Source: an uncultured Oscillospiraceae bacterium (GTDB lineage Bacteria; Bacillota; Clostridia; Oscillospirales; Oscillospiraceae). From it: a stretch of DNA of 64,000 bases. The notes below the pieces were generated by a model. The model did no database searches and had not been told where the DNA came from. It saw nothing but the letters and a program-made list of their open reading frames with translations. Where the stretch lies: the NCBI GenBank assembly GCA_947628315.1, contig CANQZJ010000003.1, positions 7,607 through 71,606 of the forward strand, in the 5' to 3' direction. Position numbers and translations under genes: made by a program. Shown here piece by piece: positions 9,471 to 18,789 of this stretch; within the stretch, counting starts at the first letter, position 1; each line of letters begins with the position of its first letter.

Positions 9471-10655
9471 TTAAGAAGTTTTCATCTTAAGAAGCTGGAT
9501 AGCTTCCGGAAGAACAACTTTTCCGTCCACACGCTCCGTGGCGACATAGCCGATCTGACCATTGGTAGCGTACAGTTCGTTCAATCTCTGTACAGTTCTG
9601 CCGGCACGGTCACCGATCCAGTAGTTATGAAAATCACCGAACGCCATGGCAAGCGATCCGGCTTTAACGGTCGGAGCATAAGGTGATGTATAAATTTCAT
9701 ATCCAAGCAGTTTATCCGGCTGACCTGCCTGGACGGAAGGCTGCCACAAATATGCACCGTTGCTGTCCTTCAGCTTGCGCAGAAGGGATACTGTAGCATC
9801 GTTCATGAGAAACTTAGCATTTCTGCGGTAGGGAGATTTAAGCCCGTAGACAAGGCCGATGATCTCATCTACCGTGATCGCAGTTTCGCTTGCCGCCGTA
9901 ACGCTCACGTCACCGCCGTTGGCTGTGAAGATACCCGTAGGCTGATTTGTGCCGGTACCCACGCAGAAAGCTTCCTCCTCGGCGGCACCGAATGCAAGGG
10001 AAAACTCATTCGCAATGTAGTCCTCAAGATCAAACTCCGAATCCTGCAGAAGTTCAACGCTGACACGGATGAGATCAGTAAGTTTGAAGGCGTCGATCTG
10101 CTTCTGACCGAAGGTCGGATTGCTTTCGGCTATCGTTCCGTTCTCCGTAGTCCAGGCAGCCACGGAGTGACCGATTGCTATGGGGATCTTCCTTTCGTGG
10201 TGAGTGGTGATGACTTTGGCGAGGGAACGGATCACATTCGTCGCGGAAAGACCGGTAACGATCTGCTTTTCAAACTCTTCCGGTACAAGGTAGCCGCCCT
10301 CCGCATCGGTGCTTTCGGAAAGCACATTGTGGATAAGCGATTTGCCGCGAAGATGTCTGCCGAAGTCCTCTTTATATGCGTTGGACGCACGGCCGATCTT
10401 ATCATCTGTTTTGGCAGTCTCAGGCTTGCCGATGAGCGGTTTGCCTACAGGTTTGTTCAGCTCTGCGTCCAGCGCCTCTTGGCGCTCCAGACGGGCGATC
10501 TCTTTGCCGAGGTTGGTGATGTCCTGTTCCATTCGTGTGTATGTGGCGTCATCCTCTGCGGACAGAATGCCGTTCTCGTTACGGTGGGAGTCAAGAAATG
10601 CCTTGGCAGCTTCCCACGCTTTGGCGCGTTTTTCGCGCAATTCAAGAATTGTCAT
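9471..10655 (-). CDS. Major capsid protein, HK97 family
   Basis: GGYLVPEEF, LKDSNGAYLWQP, FGDF motifs. Confidence 0.95.
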   Translation of the reverse strand: MTILELREKRAKAWEAAKAFLDSHRNENGILSAEDDATYTRMEQDITNLGKEIARLERQEALDAELNKPVGKPLIGKPETAKTDDKIGRASNAYKEDFGRHLRGKSLIHNVLSESTDAEGGYLVPEEFEKQIVTGLSATNVIRSLAKVITTHHERKIPIAIGHSVAAWTTENGTIAESNPTFGQKQIDAFKLTDLIRVSVELLQDSEFDLEDYIANEFSLAFGAAEEEAFCVGTGTNQPTGIFTANGGDVSVTAASETAITVDEIIGLVYGLKSPYRRNAKFLMNDATVSLLRKLKDSNGAYLWQPSVQAGQPDKLLGYEIYTSPYAPTVKAGSLAMAFGDFHNYWIGDRAGRTVQRLNELYATNGQIGYVATERVDGKVVLPEAIQLLKMKTS

Positions 10656-10670
10656 GATAAAAAATCCTCC

Positions 10671-11420
10671 TTAAAATTTCATAAGATTAAGCCGCTCCAT
10701 GAGTGAATCAACGGAACGGCCTGTTTTTTCCGGCTCTGCCGGCTTTGTATTGATTTTGCATTTGGCGGCGATCTTATCCATAAGGGAATTAACAACCGCT
10801 GCCTTGGAATACAGCATGGAAACTGCGGGTTATTCAACATCCTCCGGGATGTCGGTGCGTCCGAGGATGCCGTCGGCAAAGCCGAGTTTAACAGCCTTGT
10901 TTGCATCCATCCATGTTTCAGCGTCCATGAGGTGGGACAGTTTGGCACGGGAAAAACCGGTCTTGATCTCGTAAGCGTTGATGATGGATTCTTTTACGCT
11001 GCCGAGCATCTCGATGGCTTTCTGCATTTCCGCTGTGTCACCCATAGCCACTGTCATGGGATTGTGGATCATCATCATGGACACTGGACTGACCAGCACC
11101 TTTGTGCCTGCCATAGCGATAACGCTCGCCGCCGATGCCGCAATGCCGTCGATTTTCACGGTAACATCATGCGGATAATCCATCAGCATATTGTAGATTT
11201 GAGCCGCCGCAACGCAGTCACCGCCCGGTGAATTGATCCACACGGTGATATTGCCGCTGCCGCTCATCAGCTCCTCTTTGAAAAGCTGAGGCGTGATATC
11301 ATCGTCAAACCAGCTTTCCTCCGCGATGGTGCCGTTTAGGAACAGCGTCCTTTCCGTTGTCTGCTCCTGTGTCTCCTGATTCAGAATTGTCAGATTCTTC
11401 CACTTCCAAAATTTCTTCAT
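10671..11420 (-). pseudogene. ClpP-type prohead protease with premature in-frame stop
   Basis: INSPGG/AASAAS/MIHNP motifs; TAA at 10830-10832, then the same frame continues PAVSMLYSKAAVVNSL...LMERLNLMKF* to 10671. Confidence 0.8.
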
Positions 11421-12675
11421 CGGAATCCTCCTTTCCAGTTTGTGTAATATCTGCAAAAGCTCCGGCGTTTGCCATCGGGAGCATATTGCCGTTGATAAGG
11501 TAGAGATCGCCTCCGTCTTCTGTCGGGATACGGTCGAGATTTTCAAGTTCACGGATATCGTTTGCACTCATCCAACCGTTCTGTCTTGCTGTTGCATACC
11601 CGTTCATACGGCTTTGGTAATCGCCCCGAAGCAGACCTTCCACATTGAATTTCACAAAGTATTTTTTCTTTTCCTCCGGAGTCAGGAGTGAACGCTGAAT
11701 GGACTGCTCCCATCTGACCACCCAAGGGTCAAGCGTATACTTTACGAATTCAAGGGATTGCTGCTCAATATTTGAAAAGCTCGACTTTTCAAGATCACCG
11801 ACCATGTGAGGCGGCACTCTGAAAATTCGAGCGATTTCATTGATTTGAAATTTTCTTGTTTCGAGGAATTGCGCCTGTTCGGGAGAAATGGAGATAGGCG
11901 TATATTTAAGTCCTTCCTCCAAAACTGCTATCTTGTTGCTGTTTGCCGAACCACCGAACTGGCTCATCCACGAATCACGCACTCTTTGCGGATCTTTGAT
12001 AGTTCCCGGATGCTCCAAAACACCGGAAGGCGCAGCACCGTTTGCGAAAAATTTACTTCCGTATTCCTCCGTAGCTATGGCAAGTCCGATGGCGTTCTTT
12101 GCCATGGCGATCGGTGAGTAACCCACTAATCCGTCAAACCCGAGACCCGGAATATGCAGGACATCATAAGAATGGAGAATTACAGTAGTAGTTTTGTTCT
12201 TCGGCAATTCATCCTGCGATTTCTGATAGGTGTAATACAGCTGTCCTGTCTCATCTCTGCTGACGGTCATTTTATTCGGCATCAGCGGATACATAGCTAT
12301 GATTTCACCCTTGCCGTTTCGTATGATCTGTGCGTATGCATTGCCCCAAAGCAAAAGATGAGTCATAAGCGTTTCTCTGAACACAAATGAACTCATCTCT
12401 GGATTCGGCTCATCATGGAGCAGTAGATACAGCGGATGGTCAATAGCTTTCTCTTTGCCGCCGTTCTCCTTATATCGGTAGAAATGCAGCGGCAATCCTG
12501 CGATGGCTTCTGACAGAATACGCACACAGGCATAAACCGCCGTCATCTGCATGGCACTTCGCTCTGTTACCGCTTTGCCGGATGTCGTGCCGCCCATATA
12601 AAAGGCATACCTTGATCCGACAGTGCTGTTTGTGGGCTTATCTCTTGAGCGGAATAGCCCTGAAAATATGCTCAT
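11305..12675 (-). CDS. Portal protein, HK97 family
   Basis: AVYACVRIL, LLWGNAY, EIARIFRVPP, SNIEQQ. Confidence 0.95.
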   Translation of the reverse strand: MSIFSGLFRSRDKPTNSTVGSRYAFYMGGTTSGKAVTERSAMQMTAVYACVRILSEAIAGLPLHFYRYKENGGKEKAIDHPLYLLLHDEPNPEMSSFVFRETLMTHLLLWGNAYAQIIRNGKGEIIAMYPLMPNKMTVSRDETGQLYYTYQKSQDELPKNKTTTVILHSYDVLHIPGLGFDGLVGYSPIAMAKNAIGLAIATEEYGSKFFANGAAPSGVLEHPGTIKDPQRVRDSWMSQFGGSANSNKIAVLEEGLKYTPISISPEQAQFLETRKFQINEIARIFRVPPHMVGDLEKSSFSNIEQQSLEFVKYTLDPWVVRWEQSIQRSLLTPEEKKKYFVKFNVEGLLRGDYQSRMNGYATARQNGWMSANDIRELENLDRIPTEDGGDLYLINGNMLPMANAGAFADITQTGKEDSDEEILEVEESDNSESGDTGADNGKDAVPKRHHRGGKLV

Positions 12676-12702
12676 GTTGAATTGCTCCTTTCAATAAACT
12701 AC

Positions 12703-12731
12703 TTGATATACAATCTAATTCCACATATAAT
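12703..12731 (+). promoter_or_regulatory. Sigma70-type promoter of the moron
   Basis: TTGATA-17 nt-TATAAT. Confidence 0.75.
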
Positions 12732-12779
12732 TTGAATTAAATAAACATAAAAAGCTATTCGATACGGAGGGTATGTTTT

Positions 12780-13412
12780 ATGTCAATAATACTGGCTCAA
12801 AGAAAGGATATCTTTGATCGACAGTGGCTTATAAGTAAAGAGACTGCCGATGGAGTTGTAACCATTTCTGTAGTAAAAAAAGATAAAAATAAACCTGATA
12901 AGGTGGTCAGTGAAATCAAGTATCGCGATATTGGTCGCGAATATCAATCTGATTTTTTGAATTGGGAAAACTTAGTTTTCTGCAGCAACAATTATGGAGT
13001 GACACCGTTTTACGACTATATGCATAATGCTGTTCAAATCGGTAAGAAGACCGCAGCAACGGTGTACTTACAACCGGGTTCTCAGGAAGCACGGCAACTT
13101 ATAAGAAATTTACCAAAGGACTGTGATTGGAGAGAATATGAATCCGATATGATCTTTGTCTTCCATACAGGACGCTTGGCTGATTATTTTGATTACACTG
13201 AAGTCAAGGAGATTTATGATTGTCACGGAATTTGGAATGTTGATTGGAATTGGGTTGAAGAACAGTTTATAAAACCTATTTCATATTTCGCTAAACCTGA
13301 AATTTGTGGTTTTAACCTTCAAAACGGTGGATGTAATGCGGTTTCAATAGTAACCGGATTGCTTCTCGGCTATCCAATAGAAAGCACTGTATGCTGGCTT
13401 GGCGGTAATTGA
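12780..13412 (+). CDS. Moron, hypothetical protein
   Basis: AT-rich 210 aa ORF antisense between portal and terminase, with its own promoter and GGAGG RBS. Confidence 0.8.
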   Translation: MSIILAQRKDIFDRQWLISKETADGVVTISVVKKDKNKPDKVVSEIKYRDIGREYQSDFLNWENLVFCSNNYGVTPFYDYMHNAVQIGKKTAATVYLQPGSQEARQLIRNLPKDCDWREYESDMIFVFHTGRLADYFDYTEVKEIYDCHGIWNVDWNWVEEQFIKPISYFAKPEICGFNLQNGGCNAVSIVTGLLLGYPIESTVCWLGGN

Positions 13413-13462
13413 TCAATATGGAAGAGAAAGAACAAGGAAAGAATAAAAAAAGCAGTTAGTTA

Positions 13463-15064
13463 TCATATAAAAAGCAATCCTCGGCTGTCATATACAGATT
13501 CTCTGGTGTCGTTACCGCAGCGAATGGCTCTATCCAGAGCCATTATTGTTGCAACGGCACCGTCGATTTTCTCTGTGGATTTCTCCTTATCCGCCTTGAT
13601 ATTCCCGGCTGGGTCTGTACGGATAAATATGTTATCCATCATCCAACGGAGAACCGGATGTCCGCCGTGGGCGATTTTCTTTTCAAGCACCAGCTTCATA
13701 AGCTCCTTTGTGGGCGGAGACATATCCTTAAAACCCTGTCCGAAAGGAACGACCGTGAAGCCCATGCCCTCAAGGTTCTGCACCATCTGTACGGCACCCC
13801 AACGGTCGAATGCGATCTCTCGGATATTGTACCTGGTGCCGAGTTCCTCGATGAACTTTTCGATGTAGCCGTAATGAACCACATTGCCTTCGGTGGTTCT
13901 GAGATAGCCTTGCCGTTCCCAAAGGTCATACATAACATGGTCTCGGCGAACACGGAGATCGATATTGCCTTCGGGGATCCAGAAATACGGCAAAATTATA
14001 TATTTGTCATCTTCTTCCTCCGGCGGAAATACAAGCACGAATGCGGTAATATCCGTTGTCGAGGAAAGGTCAAGACCGCCGTAACATACACGGCCTTCAA
14101 GTTCTTCCCCATCTACAGCAAACGCACAGGCGTCCCATTTATCCATCGGCATCCAACGGACGGCTTGTTTTACCCATTGATTTAAACGAAGCTGGCGGAA
14201 GGCATTTTCTTCGCCCGGATTCTGTTTTGCGGACTCGCAGGCGGCTTTGACTTTGTCTATGCCTACCGTAATACCGAGTGACGGGTTCGCTTTCTTCCAC
14301 ACCTTCGGGTCTGTCCAGTCCTCGTTTTCGGCTGCACCGTATATGACGGGATAGAAGGTGGGATCGTGTTTTCTGCCGTAAATGATGTCCAGAGCCTTTT
14401 GGTGTGTTTCGTAGCATATCGACTGCGTATCGGTTCCTGCGGTGGTGATGAGAAAATACAGCGGTTGCATTCTTGCGTCGCCGGAGCCTTTTGTCATAAC
14501 ATCAAACAGTTTTCTGTTAGGCTGAGTATGAAGCTCATCGAATACAACACCGTGTGTATTGAAACCGTGCTTGTTTCCGACATCTGCGGAAAGCACCTGA
14601 TAGATACTGCCCGTAGGATGATAAACGAGCCGCTTTTGCGAATCGAGTATTTTTACCCGTTTTGCCAAAGCCGGACACATACGAACCATATCCGCAGCCA
14701 CATTAAAAACTATGGATGCCTGCTGTCTGTCGGCGGCACAGCCGTAAACCTCGGCACGTTCCTCTCCGTCACCGCAGGTCAGAAGCAAAGCAACAGCGGC
14801 GGCAAGTTCACTTTTTCCCTGCTTTTTCGGAATCTCGATGTATGCCGTATTGAACTGCCGGTACCCGTTGGGTTTAAGAGTTCCGAAAATGTCCCGTATG
14901 ATCTGCTCCTGCCAATCTATCAGATCAAATGGTTTGCCTGCCCATGTGCCTTTGGTGTGGCAGAGTGATTCGATAAACATGACGGCGTAATCGGCGGCAT
15001 CCTTGTCATAGTATGAAGATTTCGCCATGAACCTTGTCGGTGTATATTTTTTCAGTTTTCTGAT
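13463..15064 (-). CDS. terL: Terminase large subunit
   Basis: EIPKKQGKSE Walker A, VVFDELH, ITTAG, GLDLS, KIDG; start either ATG 15028 or non-canonical ATC 15064. Confidence 0.95.
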   Translation of the reverse strand: MRKLKKYTPTRFMAKSSYYDKDAADYAVMFIESLCHTKGTWAGKPFDLIDWQEQIIRDIFGTLKPNGYRQFNTAYIEIPKKQGKSELAAAVALLLTCGDGEERAEVYGCAADRQQASIVFNVAADMVRMCPALAKRVKILDSQKRLVYHPTGSIYQVLSADVGNKHGFNTHGVVFDELHTQPNRKLFDVMTKGSGDARMQPLYFLITTAGTDTQSICYETHQKALDIIYGRKHDPTFYPVIYGAAENEDWTDPKVWKKANPSLGITVGIDKVKAACESAKQNPGEENAFRQLRLNQWVKQAVRWMPMDKWDACAFAVDGEELEGRVCYGGLDLSSTTDITAFVLVFPPEEEDDKYIILPYFWIPEGNIDLRVRRDHVMYDLWERQGYLRTTEGNVVHYGYIEKFIEELGTRYNIREIAFDRWGAVQMVQNLEGMGFTVVPFGQGFKDMSPPTKELMKLVLEKKIAHGGHPVLRWMMDNIFIRTDPAGNIKADKEKSTEKIDGAVATIMALDRAIRCGNDTRESVYDSRGLLFI

Positions 15065-15172
15065 ATTCGGTCACCTCCGAAAAATAAGCATAAAAAACAG
15101 CCGCATCGCTGCGACCGTGATTGTTGTATAAGCAAGAACAGACCCTTTCGGGCCGTTCTCCTGTGTTATATA

Positions 15173-15544
15173 TTACAGGCTGATCAGTTCGCCTGTGAGG
15201 ATGTCTGTCACTGTTGTGCCTTCACCGAATGCTGCCCTCATCTCGGCAAGTTCCTCACCGCTGCGGGCTTTTTTGCTGGTTCTGTAAACCTCCAGCTCCT
15301 TGGCATCCTCCGTCTCCCTTGCGGCGGCTGTGGCCTCGATGTCGGCCTTGTCGGTGACCAGGGTGAGCTTCTCAAGCATATCACTCATCAGCACTCGGCC
15401 GATGCAGTTTCGTGCGATGCCGTTTTCGTCAATGGTGATTTGACCTGTCTCGAGATCGGCTTTAAGCGCCGCCAGTTCTTTTTCCGCTTCTTTCTGCCAA
15501 AAGGCTCCGAAGTCGCCGTTCAGTTCCTTCATAAATCTCGTCAT
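15173..15544 (-). CDS. Phage hypothetical protein
   Basis: RBS GGAGG; EMRAAFGEGTTV motif. Confidence 0.7.
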   Translation of the reverse strand: MTRFMKELNGDFGAFWQKEAEKELAALKADLETGQITIDENGIARNCIGRVLMSDMLEKLTLVTDKADIEATAAARETEDAKELEVYRTSKKARSGEELAEMRAAFGEGTTVTDILTGELISL

Positions 15545-15557
15545 CGTAACCGCCTCC

Positions 15558-15752
15558 TTAAAAATTCTCGCTGATTAAGTTGTATTCCTTTTTAAGCCTT
15601 GCAAGATCCTGTGCAATGCACTGTCTGCGGAAGCCGTTCTTGCATCTCTTGCCCTCGGCGCTAAGACTGTCTATCTCCGCTTGGCGTCTTGTTAAAACCT
15701 CAATTTCGTTTTCTTCAAGTGCGTCTTTCAGGTCTTTTTCAAATCTTGTCAT
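15558..15752 (-). CDS. Phage hypothetical protein
   Basis: RBS GGAGG; follows a repeated promoter cassette. Confidence 0.65.
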   Translation of the reverse strand: MTRFEKDLKDALEENEIEVLTRRQAEIDSLSAEGKRCKNGFRRQCIAQDLARLKKEYNLISENF

Positions 15753-15760
15753 TTTCGTGT

Positions 15761-15870
15761 CCTCCGTTTTCTCTTTCGGTAGTCACATATTAACTCTGAA
15801 GGAGGATAATAGCAAGTCAATTATGAGGCATAAACTACACAAACATTTGGGGACTGGATTGTGTATTTTA
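15761..15870 (-). promoter_or_regulatory. Repeated leader/promoter cassette, copy A
   Basis: TTTCGGT.GTCACATATTAACTCT and TACACAA...TTGTGTA shared with 17383-17501. Confidence 0.65.
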
Positions 15871-16074
15871 CAGCGGATTATCGGTGCTGCGGTGAATGAT
15901 TTCTATGATGGAATCCTGCTCCTCGATGCCGACTCCGATGCTCGCCAGAGCTTGTCTTGTTCCGCAGTCCGGGCAGATGAGCGTTTCATTTTCCGTTCTC
16001 GAAAGAGCCGGAATATCATGGTAGGTTCTCCCGCAAAGCGGACAAATCTCCATGCGTACAACATTAGATTTCAT
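15868..16074 (-). CDS. Small zinc-finger protein
   Basis: CPLC...ICPDCG motifs. Confidence 0.7.
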   Translation of the reverse strand: MKSNVVRMEICPLCGRTYHDIPALSRTENETLICPDCGTRQALASIGVGIEEQDSIIEIIHRSTDNPL

Positions 16075-16534
16075 GACTGCAAGCCTCCCTGCATTTATTG
16101 TAGGCATCGATCAGAATATTCTTGTCAAAGAAGAAGGTGTCGTATCCTTCAAGGCAAGTCCTCATGTAGTAGTTTGAGGGAATACCGATCGGGCGGTCTT
16201 CGTGCATGATGTAAGCGAAAGCCGTCACCGTTCTGCGTTTTCCCGTGCGGATACCCTTGTACTGAAGCTTGATGTCTTTCCTGTAATAGAAATTTGGAAA
16301 GCCCTCGTAGCGGTCAAGCGATGCTTCGTCCGATTCCTTAACTTCCCAAATCACCACGGGAACCGTGCCGCCTTCGCATTTTTCAATGGTGAGATAAGAG
16401 CCTGTTTTGCTGCCCTTAAACATCAGCTCCCATCCCTTTAATGTTGCCGTTCCGAGAATCGTTGCATGAGGACAACGCATCCGCATCTGCGGCACATTGA
16501 GGTTGCTTCCGTAAGCGATGTATCTTCTTTTCAT
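16064..16534 (-). CDS. Gamma-glutamylcyclotransferase (AIG2-like)
   Basis: YIAYGSNL, LDRYEG motifs. Confidence 0.88.
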   Translation of the reverse strand: MKRRYIAYGSNLNVPQMRMRCPHATILGTATLKGWELMFKGSKTGSYLTIEKCEGGTVPVVIWEVKESDEASLDRYEGFPNFYYRKDIKLQYKGIRTGKRRTVTAFAYIMHEDRPIGIPSNYYMRTCLEGYDTFFFDKNILIDAYNKCREACSHEI

Positions 16535-16625
16535 TTTCAAGTCCTCCTGAAATTTAGTAAGCGATTGTGCTTCTACCACCTTAAGACCGCCGTAGCGGTC
16601 GGAAGGGTGCCTGCGGCTAAATTCT

Positions 16626-17374
16626 TCAAGCGGCTCTGCCGTTACGGAAGGCTGTATCACCGCTCAGACGCTTGGTCAGGAGGTCTCTCGCCGTTTTGAA
16701 TTCGTCACCGATGAATCCCAAGCGAAGGAGCCAAGTCCTCATTGCGTATTTCGGATTCTCGTTCTGCTGGGGTTTCGGGCTTGCCGTGCGTACTTCCTTT
16801 GCCATCTGGCTGAGTGCGAGGCAAAGCTGAATGTAGCTCTTGAGCTGTCCTGCGTGAAGTCCGCCTTTGCGTTCTGCATTCGGCGCGTCGAATTGAAAAA
16901 GTCTGAACTCCACCGTTCCCTTTGTGAAAGTTGCGTGGAGGTTAAGCATATGGTAGCGGCTGCCGTTGTAATGCTGGTTTCTGCCGTAGTTCTCACCCTG
17001 TCTGCCGTACCAAATGTCCGCAAGCTGTGCCATTGTTCTCGGCTTTTTGCTCCCGCGTGTCTGAGCTGTCTTACAAGCTCCTGCAAGGTGTCCATGTCGC
17101 TGTATGTAAGGATCGGGGTGACCATTTCGCATTTTTCTATGTCCGGGCCTGCGATGCTGACGTCTTTTTGGAATTTCCATTCTCTTCCTTGTCCGTCCCA
17201 TGCTGACCATGTGCAGTATCCGTTGCGGCGGGCGGTATCTTCGTATCTGCCTGTTCCGAAGAAGTCGGCGGCAATTTTTGCGGCCTTGTTTCTTGTGATG
17301 CTGTTCATTTCAACCTCGACCCCTATGGTCTGCTTTTTCATTTCTTCAACCTGTCTTGCGATTTTTTCGTTCAT
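16626..17374 (-). pseudogene. Putative amidoligase with internal deletion/frameshift
   Basis: N-half (GVEVEM...CEMVTP...HAGAKS) joins out of frame to the C-half (KPRTMAQL...GTVEFRLF) at ~17042-17048. Confidence 0.8.
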
Positions 17375-17382
17375 TTTATGTG

Positions 17383-17501
17383 CCTCCGTTTTCGTTCTTT
17401 TCCCTTTCGGTGGTCACATATTAACTCTAAACACACAATATATCCAGTCATTTTGCGGTAATATATTACACAAAGATATACACAGCATATTGTGTATTTT
17501 A
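17383..17501 (-). promoter_or_regulatory. Repeated leader/promoter cassette, copy B
   Basis: See copy A; a partial third copy lies at ~18040-18075. Confidence 0.65.
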
Positions 17502-17514
17502 TAGCAAGTTGCAT

Positions 17515-17739
17515 CTATATCTTGCGTACAATATCTTCACCGAAAACAACATTCAGACCGCTGCCGTTATCCCATCGCATAAGGAGTGAGCCTGTATCAT
17601 CCGCACCCATGACCGTACCTTTTGTGCCGATTGGCGGAGCTTGAGGATCATCCATCTGCACGAGTTCTACTCTTGTGCCGGCAGGATACTCTTTGCGGAT
17701 GCGTTCGACCGTTTTACTGTTTGGGAATTTCATGTCCAA
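17515..17739 (-). CDS. DUF4314-like protein
   Basis: YPAGTRVELVQMDDPQAPPIGTKGTV...WDNGSGL. Confidence 0.85.
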   Translation of the reverse strand: MDMKFPNSKTVERIRKEYPAGTRVELVQMDDPQAPPIGTKGTVMGADDTGSLLMRWDNGSGLNVVFGEDIVRKI

Positions 17740-18014
17740 TCCTTATCCCTCCATCCGAGTAAAAATATTACCGCATCGGAAAATCCGGCACGGTAATAGT
17801 TCTGTCTGATTTCACCCTCAATCAGACAAAATGCGTTCTCACATTCGTTGAATAACGCATTTTGCTCATTTGAGAATGTATCTTTGAGTTTTGTAATACA
17901 ATTTCCAAGCTCTGCATACGCTTCTTGCAAAGCAGCGTTTTTCTGTCTGCCATAGCTGTTGATTCGCTGCAGGATAAATTCATCCACAGCCTTTTGCATG
18001 GTATCGTCTTTCAT
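17730..18014 (-). CDS. Hypothetical protein (YYRAGF motif)
   Basis: ORF with RBS. Confidence 0.6.
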   Translation of the reverse strand: MKDDTMQKAVDEFILQRINSYGRQKNAALQEAYAELGNCITKLKDTFSNEQNALFNECENAFCLIEGEIRQNYYRAGFSDAVIFLLGWRDKDWT

Positions 18015-18116
18015 TTTGACATCCCTTTCCGTTTAGGTTAGTACATATATTGCTCTGAACAGAAGAAATATCAAGGGATTTTTGCAAAGTAAAAGAGAAT
18101 CTACCTAATGCACAAA

Positions 18117-18452
18117 TCACTCTGTAATCATATGGACTGTAACAGGAACATCCATTTTATTACAGTTATCAATAACAAACTTAGTGCCACGGGAACTCCC
18201 GTCCCAGAAAGCAAGAACCATGTCTGCGTTTTCTATGATCGTAATATTCCTCTTCAGCGGAGCAGAACGGCCGTATCTGTTATACTCAGGCAGAAACTCC
18301 GTCAGCTTTATTCCGTGGGCGATGGCATATTCTCTCGCCGAGGTATCCACACCTTTTGCTCCGCCCGCTACTATCTCTGTGACCCCCTCCGGAAGATACT
18401 TTTCCAAATCGTTTACTTTCAGTCCTCTTGAACCGATAACGGCAACTCTCAT
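18117..18452 (-). CDS. SLOG-family (YspA/DUF2493-like) protein
   Basis: VIGSR, GGAKGVD, RN..I, AFWDGSSRGT. Confidence 0.85.
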   Translation of the reverse strand: MRVAVIGSRGLKVNDLEKYLPEGVTEIVAGGAKGVDTSAREYAIAHGIKLTEFLPEYNRYGRSAPLKRNITIIENADMVLAFWDGSSRGTKFVIDNCNKMDVPVTVHMITE

Positions 18453-18569
18453 AATGAACCTCCACGTGTTTTTAAATTTTATAGATATACAGTATATCTA
18501 ATTAAAACATTGTAACACATAATAGCTATAAAATAAATATACAATATGTTTATTTTTGAGGTGGGTTTT

Positions 18570-18773
18570 ATGGCTATAAAAAGTGTTTCAATTCGCATAG
18601 AGGAAGAGATGCTTGAAAAAATCGGTTTTGTTGCCGATTATGAGGGACGATCGGTAAACAGTCACATTCTTGTTTTGATAAGAGAGAATATCAAAAACTT
18701 TGAGGAAACACACGGAGTGATAGACGGAACTATAAAGCCTGATATAAATGTGAAACCTACAAGAAAAAATTAA
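18570..18773 (+). CDS. Arc-like ribbon-helix-helix regulator
   Basis: SVSIRI...ADYEGRSVNSHI. Confidence 0.85.
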   Translation: MAIKSVSIRIEEEMLEKIGFVADYEGRSVNSHILVLIRENIKNFEETHGVIDGTIKPDINVKPTRKN

Positions 18774-18789
18774 GCAACCGAGGAAGCGG

